A DNA stretch of 29,891 nt, taken from positions 1 to 29,891 of the IMG/VR virus record IMGVR_UViG_3300012667_000100. One strand, given 5' to 3'. Position numbers and translations under genes: made by a program. Source of the DNA: a virus. Its lineage: Duplodnaviria > Caudoviricetes. Positions 9,001 through 15,529 of this stretch are shown here, in pieces (position 1 is the stretch's first letter; each line of letters begins with the position of its first letter). A model generated the notes under the pieces. That model was not told the DNA's origin, searched no databases, and saw only the letters and a program-made list of their open reading frames with translations.

Positions 9001-9215
9001 AGGTAGTATACCTTGCGCTTAACGTCTAGGGGATTTTTCTTTTTATCTACTGAGCGGGATGTGTAGATAACGTGGTCGGCTTTGTTAGCTGCAGCTACAC
9101 GTTGAACGGCTTTAACAAGCAGTTCATGACCAACCGTAGGTGGCTGGAATCGACCAAAGGCAAATACGATTTTGCGAGAGGGCAGCTCATTGACAAGCTG
9201 TCTGAAATTCTTCAT
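6051..9215 (-). CDS. Cytidyltransferase-like (HIGH-family) nucleotidyltransferase fused to a long modular polyprotein region
   Basis: N-terminal ~195 aa carry FGRFQPPTVGH, AGSDR, SAGERDPD and MSGTKMR. The remainder is small basic modules separated by EE-x-x-[IV]-x-E linkers, an acidic tract and an Arg/Lys-rich C-terminus. Confidence 0.8.
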   Translation of the reverse strand: MKNFRQLVNELPSRKIVFAFGRFQPPTVGHELLVKAVQRVAAANKADHVIYTSRSVDKKKNPLDVKRKVYYLRRMFPTANIMGAGDDTRTFIEVAKALNKKYKQLVMIAGSDRIAEYERILNGYNGKEFNFETIQVVSAGERDPDADDASGMSGTKMRELAKKGDFSTFKTGLPSTLTTADARRLMNDIRTGLGMEAIKEDVKFETDLLREMYHKGDIFLVGQFVESAGQQFEILDRGANYLSVVDSSGNISKKWLTDVRVVQVEDYTPEDIITNEISYKGFVAKNIKHQTEAVDAFQHTIAKQLDPVATLIALKATDAYMKIHVKAINTDKMTRSENAEFFAQFKKAGEALSKIGELNHHADYMNGTVHDMERIATQYHTDTDEQGQESYIPAGELLEMKFMSSDKIKVARIIATTLGVADVEKSSSPTQLVNAGLRVIRKKPMRPEYLEIVKKMLQTATDAGIEYDAKLLPQKAQDTVAEAAEEIATSDTKLDKKGRKIPAHKIVFNPSEAEYQKNTNESYDDNRTGFAKKKREDDEGYGKPKFKAKSMMDRPHTVHIDGKPWKKFDNGHQAHKAAETLTANGKKATAIAHFKEEVETIEESMTDSWKRVQSMDKGSVTGGKDEVRKRLSYLNAVHAHHKKFGNDTKKVKGDIERINRSRIAEETISESAYEKAEKSKHNAELAKGQARPFDYHMHMADHHDNMSQWHAEKGRHGEADRHAQKSDEHHEKAMNLKEEVQIDEAAGHTIEAHGIKGTKGTPWRKTFKSHDHLNDWAEKNDSVEVHGTRDLEGAKKKTNEETVSEAKAGFNGSGGIMNYNDFKQSLAMNSGKKVKLKPETAAQADPVMSSMMDKPSATADAKEPHTQSGHSYSGDESLRRRKAYHKMHEEVTEKNLDGMEDDEESFNDDIEKISEPEHIMHLYDDSEFIDNDDDETEDADEDEKEEVNEAIGRQERIKRGIRFKRTEAKRERRKEIALKRMSNSTTINSRARRHAVQMMKQRLARKPLDKLSVQEKERLENFVSKRKDLITRLAKRIAPKIRQIEKTRLQRKTK

Positions 9216-9247
9216 GTTTATCCATCTATAAATGTTAATTGTTATAT

Positions 9248-9254
9248 TATTTAG
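9248..9254 (-). promoter_or_regulatory. Putative late promoter (CTAAATA)
   Basis: Intergenic, about 33 nt upstream of the 1054-aa ORF. Confidence 0.55.
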
Positions 9255-9266
9255 TCATTCTGCGTA

Positions 9267-9992
9267 TTAGAGGTATCCCTCGGTGTTCATCGGAGTTTCC
9301 AGCAACAGGATGTCGAAGTTAGCAGACACACGACAGTTGTTATCGTTTGCGTTATCTACACGAACTTCTAAGTCAGTACCAGCAGGTAGCGCTTCTGGGA
9401 ATGGGAAGTCGTATCTGTAAGATGCGCTGGCAAGTTCAACCACATGAGCAATCATGAACGCAGATCCAGGTCGGCGAACGTAAAACTTCACTGTGATTTC
9501 TTTATTCAAATTGACAGAACAATCACCACAATACAAATATCCAGTTTTACCAGCTGGGACAGTGTAGAATGCGTTAGAAGAACGACCCTCGCCAGCTAAG
9601 ACACAAGCAACAACATCAGAACCTTTGCTGACATCTATCTCACCAACGTTAGTTGTAGTTGTTACCATAATATCAGTTATACGTTTGAACTGTTTGGTTG
9701 TCACTACTGGAGTTGTTCCTGTTAGTGTTATGGTTTCTGTTTGTTCTACCATATTGGCATCTAGACCAGTAATAATCACTGGAGTTACGTCCGATGCGCT
9801 AGAGGAAACTACAGATAAAGTTCCTGCTGTGTTCCAAGCAGACCATGGATACAAACCACCATGAGTCCAAACTGTTTCTGGATCAGTTCCTGTGTCAATG
9901 TCTGGATTATATCCAATGCGGTGTACATGGGTAACGCCTTGTGTTGCTCCACGGGCTACGTTTAAATTGAAATCTTCGATATATTTTGACAT
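9267..9992 (-). CDS. Hypothetical beta-rich protein
   Basis: 241 aa ORF (GYNPDID..PETVW..GG.YPW; YTVPAGKTGYL) abutting the upstream gene. Confidence 0.75.
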   Translation of the reverse strand: MSKYIEDFNLNVARGATQGVTHVHRIGYNPDIDTGTDPETVWTHGGLYPWSAWNTAGTLSVVSSSASDVTPVIITGLDANMVEQTETITLTGTTPVVTTKQFKRITDIMVTTTTNVGEIDVSKGSDVVACVLAGEGRSSNAFYTVPAGKTGYLYCGDCSVNLNKEITVKFYVRRPGSAFMIAHVVELASASYRYDFPFPEALPAGTDLEVRVDNANDNNCRVSANFDILLLETPMNTEGYL

Positions 9993-9993
9993 T

Positions 9994-10296
9994 TTAGCAG
10001 TTCCATTTACGAAGAGCCAGCGCCTTACGTGTCGGGCGACCCTTCTCGTCTTTCATTGGACCATCAACACCACCCATACGTGCACAGAATGACTTGCGAC
10101 GTTTCGCTGCCTTACTGTCTGGATCGAGCTTAGATGGCTTGGTTGTCACTGGAGCCTGTAGGTTGCTGCCAGTCTTGTTGTTGTATGCGTCGCGACCCTT
10201 CTGAGTCAAACCACCTGTTGATGATTTGTGACCCTTGGCGTCCACTGCTGCTTCTTGTATGGCGTGTTCTTCTAGGTATTCTTTGAACGAGATCAT
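9994..10296 (-). CDS. Small basic protein (DUF6321-like) with capsid-targeting-like N-terminus
   Basis: Start MISFKEYLEE at 10296 (ATGA overlap); GGLTQKGR..Y, RRKSFCARM and ALRKWNC motifs. Confidence 0.75.
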   Translation of the reverse strand: MISFKEYLEEHAIQEAAVDAKGHKSSTGGLTQKGRDAYNNKTGSNLQAPVTTKPSKLDPDSKAAKRRKSFCARMGGVDGPMKDEKGRPTRKALALRKWNC

Positions 10297-11522
10297 CGCT
10301 GCCATCCTTTGATAATTTCTGGTGAAAAGTTTGATTGACTAAATTCCATGCGGTCAACAATCTTAACCGCACCGCCTGATAGGTGGTCAATGGCAACGAA
10401 GCCCTCTACACCTGTGACCTTGAAGCCATTGGTGGTCTTCAAGAATGTTGAGATATGTCCAGCCTGATTCATCTTGTTGATGATCATGTGCTTTGCGTCA
10501 ACCAACAGGTTTGACAACTGGAACACTTTGACGATTTCGCCCTTGTCGGACTGAGAGAAGTACGAAAGGATACGCTTACGTTTCTCTTCGTAGGTAGCCT
10601 TGCCCTTCTCGGTTTTCTTTGAGTCAATTTCCTTTTGAATCTTGTCGTAGATCCAGTGGAACAACTCAGTGGCATGCTTCTCAGGGCTGACGATCTTTTG
10701 ACCAGCTCGCACCTTACTATTGTTGAAGGTCTTAATCATCATCAATAGTTCTGGGTTCTGGTGAATGTCGTTGATGACATTTGGGTCAAGTGACTGGAAC
10801 AGCTTACCTGCGTTGGACAGAATGTTTGTGACTTCAGCTGTCTCCACTGCAGTGAACGTAGCCGTACCTGAGTAGTCTTTGTAGTTTGCGTCGTCCATCC
10901 AGATTGTTGGAACCTGATTGAACTTTGACACGATAGCTTTACCGAAGCTGGCTTTCATTGTCTCAAACGAATCGCCTTCATATGTAGTGTGCCACACGAC
11001 ACCGATCTTAGCTGCCTTGATTTTCTTACCAAGGACACTGTTCGCTGGAACAGCATAGACGATTGTGTTTGGGTGGAACGTGATGTACTGTTCGCCGTCA
11101 ATGGTCTCAACCTTTGTGTCATCAGCGAACATCAAGTCGCCTTGATACACACCAGAAGTGATACCAAGTTTCTTGAACTCAGACAAGGCAGTCTTCAGCT
11201 TGGCAGCTAGATCGCCCTGAGTGTCAGCGTCAATCTCCGCTGGCGTCTTATAGACCTTTGGCTCTTTGTTGAAGACACCCTTCTTCGCGATGAAGAACTT
11301 GCCGTCACGTGGATCGATGCCAGCAAATACAGCTGGCGCACCGTCCCATTTAACAGTGGCAGTTATCTTGGTCTTACTGTGACCAGCGAGCATATCTCTT
11401 AGATCGCGCAGGAAGTTGATAGCCTTACGAGCACCTGCAACACCTTCATTGAAGACCAAGTCCTCAATGTGTTCCATGTGTGTATTCTTATCTTCTTTGA
11501 TGTAGTCTTTTAGATTCAGCAT
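10293..11522 (-). CDS. Ligase-like nucleotidyltransferase (DUF6267-like)
   Basis: HMEHIED, TVKWDGAPA (KxDG motif I), YQGDLMF, VEGFVAI and VKIVDR resemble ATP-dependent ligase motifs I/III/IV/V. Confidence 0.7.
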   Translation of the reverse strand: MLNLKDYIKEDKNTHMEHIEDLVFNEGVAGARKAINFLRDLRDMLAGHSKTKITATVKWDGAPAVFAGIDPRDGKFFIAKKGVFNKEPKVYKTPAEIDADTQGDLAAKLKTALSEFKKLGITSGVYQGDLMFADDTKVETIDGEQYITFHPNTIVYAVPANSVLGKKIKAAKIGVVWHTTYEGDSFETMKASFGKAIVSKFNQVPTIWMDDANYKDYSGTATFTAVETAEVTNILSNAGKLFQSLDPNVINDIHQNPELLMMIKTFNNSKVRAGQKIVSPEKHATELFHWIYDKIQKEIDSKKTEKGKATYEEKRKRILSYFSQSDKGEIVKVFQLSNLLVDAKHMIINKMNQAGHISTFLKTTNGFKVTGVEGFVAIDHLSGGAVKIVDRMEFSQSNFSPEIIKGWQR

Positions 11523-11523
11523 A

Positions 11524-12663
11524 TTATCTCAACTTGAAGGCACCAGCCACGCCCTTATGTGGACCTGAGCTACCCTTGAAAATCTGTGAAGCAATGACAC
11601 GTTCTTTGCCAGTGCGTTTGTCGATACCCACATAATCAGTGGAGATACCAGTGCCCTTGCGCACTTTGATCTTGTCATATTGATTTAGGTGTTCATCTGC
11701 AATGTGATGCGCGTCGGATACGATTGACTTCGCCGAACCGTCTTTCTGAACATGACTGTGAGCCACGATGTGGTTGTGATGAGTTGGGGCTGATACCTGA
11801 TTGCGAATGTGTTCACGTAGGTCGGCGTCTGACATCTTGGTCATTGCCTTCTCGTGCTCGCGAGCCATCTTCTGACGTGCCAACTGCCCAGACAACTCAG
11901 CGGCATATGCCAGCTTGGCTTCTTTGGACTTTGGTTTGAACTCAGTCTTGGCTTTAGAATCTTTGTGGGCTTTCTTCTCAGCAGCCAGCTTCTCGTTATG
12001 GGCTTTCCATTGCTCATGACGTTGTTGCTTGGTGCCACTGTAACCCAACTCTTCCATGCTGTCTTCGTGCGCTTTCCAAATCTTGCCTAGATGACCAGAC
12101 TTCATGTCGGCTTTCTTCTCAATAGAATCAACGCCATCGTTCTTGTAGTTTGGTTCAGCCTCAGTACCGTACTTGGCTGACACGCCGTGGAAAACCTTGC
12201 GACCATCTTTACCCTGTGTGGTAAGAATCAAGTCAGCGTTGGAGTTTATGTCTTTGATGCCAGTTGTCTTTTCGTGGTCGCCAGCTTTCTTGCCAGTGTC
12301 ACGGTTCGAGGTCCAGTGAACAGCTGTAATCTTGTGACCCTTGTCGCCTTCGAGGTGTCCCTGAGCAGCTAGATGCTTCTTGACAATCTCAGCAGTCTGT
12401 TTGGCATGAGCGTCAACTTCAGCGTATGCTTCTTTACCAACCTTGTCGAACAGTTTGTTGTGAACCTGTTCAGGTGTACCAGCATGGTCAGGGTTATCTG
12501 AGATGGCACGGTGATGATCGGGCAGGGCTTTCTTCGGGTGCAGGTACTTTGACAAAAGCAGTTCATGCAGTTTGCCCTTGTCGTCTGAACCAAGACCACT
12601 TGTCTTTGACGTAGGCTTGGCTGGCTTCGCAGCCTCTGTGATAAACTCTCTCAAATTATACAT
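11524..12663 (-). CDS. Restriction-endonuclease-like basic protein with capsid-targeting-like N-terminus
   Basis: MYNLREFITE start; GKLHELLL...NADLILT...GVSAKYG resembles an E...D...SxK variant of the PD-(D/E)XK fold. The ORF is confident; the function is tentative. Confidence 0.55.
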   Translation of the reverse strand: MYNLREFITEAAKPAKPTSKTSGLGSDDKGKLHELLLSKYLHPKKALPDHHRAISDNPDHAGTPEQVHNKLFDKVGKEAYAEVDAHAKQTAEIVKKHLAAQGHLEGDKGHKITAVHWTSNRDTGKKAGDHEKTTGIKDINSNADLILTTQGKDGRKVFHGVSAKYGTEAEPNYKNDGVDSIEKKADMKSGHLGKIWKAHEDSMEELGYSGTKQQRHEQWKAHNEKLAAEKKAHKDSKAKTEFKPKSKEAKLAYAAELSGQLARQKMAREHEKAMTKMSDADLREHIRNQVSAPTHHNHIVAHSHVQKDGSAKSIVSDAHHIADEHLNQYDKIKVRKGTGISTDYVGIDKRTGKERVIASQIFKGSSGPHKGVAGAFKLR

Positions 12664-13402
12664 TGAAACATCCTAGATTTAGCTTCTCTTTGATGATGGT
12701 TACAGACTTGCCATCGACAGGGGCAATGTTGAAGTCTGACTTCTCCTTCATGGAGAACTGCATCTCAAAAGTGAATTGGTAGTTGTTGCTACCCTTGTAT
12801 TGAACACGTGCTCTATAGATAGCCTTTGCTGCAGTGCCAAATCTTGGCACGCCTTTCAAGCCGAACGGGTTCTTTGTGCCCATCAGATAGAAACCATGTG
12901 TACCTACGTTCACATAGTACGTGTCTTTCTTGTTGTAGTAGTCTTCGATCTTTGAAGCTGGGATCTCGCCCTTGATGTCAGCGAAGAACTTCAGGTCGCG
13001 ACGATAGCGTTCTTCAGGCGTTTTCTTACCAGCGGTAGCCTCCCAAGTCGCATCTTTCTCACGCTTGTAGGGCACTTCTTTCCACTGCTTCTTGATGATG
13101 TTGAATAGACCAACGTCTTGAGCAAGGTCAGCGATGAACTGCTTTTCCTTGTCATCAGCTGCAATCTTGTTGAAACCCCATGGGTTTGCCTTCTTTGAGC
13201 TGTCGTATTTCAGAACCAATGAACCAGCAGAGGCAGCTGTAATTTTCAGCTCACATCCAGCAGTTTTCTTGCCATTCTGAAGAACCAAGTCTGGTTGATC
13301 GTGTCCTGCACCTGCAGGCTTGAAGTTCTTTGGAACCAGATTGTATTTTTTCAGCAGCGTTGCTGCATTTTCTTCGTATAAGAAACCCTGTTGGGCAGCC
13401 AT
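12656..13402 (-). CDS. PD-(D/E)XK family endonuclease-like protein
   Basis: GFLYEE...QPDLVL...GCELKIT gives E...PD...ExK catalytic spacing; GGAGG RBS. Confidence 0.65.
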   Translation of the reverse strand: MAAQQGFLYEENAATLLKKYNLVPKNFKPAGAGHDQPDLVLQNGKKTAGCELKITAASAGSLVLKYDSSKKANPWGFNKIAADDKEKQFIADLAQDVGLFNIIKKQWKEVPYKREKDATWEATAGKKTPEERYRRDLKFFADIKGEIPASKIEDYYNKKDTYYVNVGTHGFYLMGTKNPFGLKGVPRFGTAAKAIYRARVQYKGSNNYQFTFEMQFSMKEKSDFNIAPVDGKSVTIIKEKLNLGCFNV

Positions 13403-13428
13403 ATTACACCTCCATACATGTACATGTA

Positions 13429-13435
13429 TATTTAG
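13429..13435 (-). promoter_or_regulatory. Putative late promoter (CTAAATA)
   Basis: Intergenic, upstream of the GGAGG RBS of 12656..13402; sits at the transition to the late block. Confidence 0.55.
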
Positions 13436-13441
13436 TGCTTC

Positions 13442-14101
13442 TCATGTTGCGATATGATTAGCCATACAATCATATCGTTTTTCCCAGCGAAGAACTTCGC
13501 GGTACAGGTACTTGATTGGCTGGTCGAAACCTTCGTATAGACTTTTGATGTGACGCAGGGTCGGTGAGTAGTAACAGGTTGGGTGCTGCAGCATGTCGGC
13601 AGCTGGTTTGTGAGAGTTGCGGTCTCTCATCTCCATGTAAATACAGTGGGCATAAGCCTGAATCTCATCCCATGCAGCGTAGTAGTCTCGTTGCTCTTGG
13701 AGCTCTGAGTCAGGAGTTTCTTTGTGGAGGAGAATCTTCTCGAACTCGTCTTGATGGAATGACCATTGCATGTAGTGGACATACTCATGCATGAGGGTGA
13801 TTATCAGTTCGAACTTGAACGCTCTCCATTGACGGTCGGTCAATTCTGGAGCTGATTCAACAAACAGGGAGATGCGGTTCTCAAGGTGATCGAATTCACC
13901 TGAGACGGTGAACCAAATGAAGCACGTAGAATGCTCCATCTTGGCTCTGTAGTTGCGGGACAGGAACCGCTTCATTCCTGGAATGTCCCAGCGGTACTTG
14001 TCGAGTTTTTCCCAGAGAACACTGGGAATGAGTTTGGGTAGGTCTACGTTAAGTAGGTCAACGAAGTTATCGTTGTAGTTGGATAAGAAGGTGCCCTTCA
14101 T
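13442..14101 (-). CDS. HEXXH zincin-like metallopeptidase domain protein
   Basis: LMHEYVHYMQ with downstream EIQAYA; GGAGG RBS. Confidence 0.6.
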   Translation of the reverse strand: MKGTFLSNYNDNFVDLLNVDLPKLIPSVLWEKLDKYRWDIPGMKRFLSRNYRAKMEHSTCFIWFTVSGEFDHLENRISLFVESAPELTDRQWRAFKFELIITLMHEYVHYMQWSFHQDEFEKILLHKETPDSELQEQRDYYAAWDEIQAYAHCIYMEMRDRNSHKPAADMLQHPTCYYSPTLRHIKSLYEGFDQPIKYLYREVLRWEKRYDCMANHIAT

Positions 14102-14116
14102 TGGACACCTCCACCA

Positions 14117-15466
14117 TCAACCGAAGAAGTCGTCGAGACCTGCGCTTGTTGGAGCCTCGAAGTGATCATCGAACATGTTTCTAGCTGCTTTTGCAATTTG
14201 CGGGTCATGGTTCGTCTTATGCTTGAGTTCGTTAAGATAGCCTGTTGCCTTACCCATAGCCAAATCGACATAGTGCTGAGCGATCAGCTTTCTGTCGAAC
14301 TGTTTGATCAGTTCATAGTTATTTAGCTGCATCTGACGGTAGTCAGCTTCAGGCATTGAACAGAACTCTTTGATCTTCTCCGCATATTGCTTTGGAGTTG
14401 AACCCTTCTTGATCATGCAGTAGTGCACGCCAGCCTTCAGAACTACGCCGTTGCCTTCTTCGTTGTTGGATACACCGTAGTTTATAGCAATAGGTACAGT
14501 GCCAATACGCATAGCATCAATGACAACACGGTTGAAGTGCTCACCAAAAGTATTAGACCAAGATGGATCAACAAGATACTTCGATGTTGCGAGGATATCA
14601 TCTCTCTTTCCTCCGGAGATGAATCCAAGGTACTCAAAGTTTCCTGAGTTTTCGGCGTTTTCCCAGATTCGCTTTCCTTCGGTTTCTTTGGTGCAGTCTG
14701 GGTCGTATTGTGGGGTGCAGTAGTATTCATCTTTACATTTATCTTTTGACATCATGTAGGCTGCTTCAATACCATATCCACCGACGAGGGTCTTCACAGA
14801 TTTCATATGTGGCACTGCGCGAATCAAATCGTCAACACGTTTCCAACGCTTGAATGTCTGGATCGAAAGAACCTTATCTTCACGTTGGGCGAATGGTGGT
14901 GTCTCAGGGATACCAGCAATATCTTGTGGGTTCAGAATCAAAGCACGTGGCACGTCCATGAAGTCAGCTGAGTCGTAAGCTGCAGGGTGAACGCAAGCCA
15001 GACCAGCAAAGTGCTTCTCGTACAACTGAATCCATGGGTACAACTTCTTCAAGTTCGCATCGTGAATGATGGCAACCTGTTTAGCTGTGACCTGTTCAAT
15101 CATCGGCAACCAGTCAAGGCTCTTCTCAGTGTCCTTGTTCTTGAAGCCAAAGATTGACTGCCAAATCACGATGTCGTGTTTGTTGGCGTCTTGTACGAAT
15201 TGGTCAATTGACTCTTTGACCTTATAGGAATAGTAGGGGGCGATCCAACCATCCCCCTGATGTACAGGATAACCTGAACCAATGCCGATTTCATAGCCTT
15301 CTTTCAATGTTGTAGGAATCTCGACAGGACGAACTGTCTTGTTACCTTTTAGATAGGCAAAAGTAACTTCATGCCCCTGCTCTTTCAAACCTGCCATCAG
15401 GTGTTCGCAGTGATTGATGATGCCTCCAAAGTTGTTGAAGGTATGCATGACCATCATAATTTTCAT
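14117..15466 (-). CDS. GT-B glycosyltransferase, TET/JBP-associated (DNA base glycosylation)
   Basis: MKIMMV..FGGI..H..HL..GL...GHEV N-terminus, KRWKRVDDLIRA, and PSW...GEHF.RVVIDAM..G..PI GT4-like motif; adjacent to the TET/JBP gene. Confidence 0.85.
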   Translation of the reverse strand: MKIMMVMHTFNNFGGIINHCEHLMAGLKEQGHEVTFAYLKGNKTVRPVEIPTTLKEGYEIGIGSGYPVHQGDGWIAPYYSYKVKESIDQFVQDANKHDIVIWQSIFGFKNKDTEKSLDWLPMIEQVTAKQVAIIHDANLKKLYPWIQLYEKHFAGLACVHPAAYDSADFMDVPRALILNPQDIAGIPETPPFAQREDKVLSIQTFKRWKRVDDLIRAVPHMKSVKTLVGGYGIEAAYMMSKDKCKDEYYCTPQYDPDCTKETEGKRIWENAENSGNFEYLGFISGGKRDDILATSKYLVDPSWSNTFGEHFNRVVIDAMRIGTVPIAINYGVSNNEEGNGVVLKAGVHYCMIKKGSTPKQYAEKIKEFCSMPEADYRQMQLNNYELIKQFDRKLIAQHYVDLAMGKATGYLNELKHKTNHDPQIAKAARNMFDDHFEAPTSAGLDDFFG

Positions 15467-15487
15467 GTGTAGTAGCCTTATGTAATT

Positions 15488-15528
15488 GGGAATAGAGATA
15501 TTATACCTCTATTCCCGTTATTTGTCAA
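15488..15528 (-). promoter_or_regulatory. Consensus sigma70 promoter with the -10 box inside a 10-bp inverted repeat
   Basis: TTGACA (15528-15523), N17, TATAAT (15505-15500); arms gggaatagag 15488-15497 and ctctattccc 15507-15516. Confidence 0.85.
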
Positions 15529-15529
15529 A

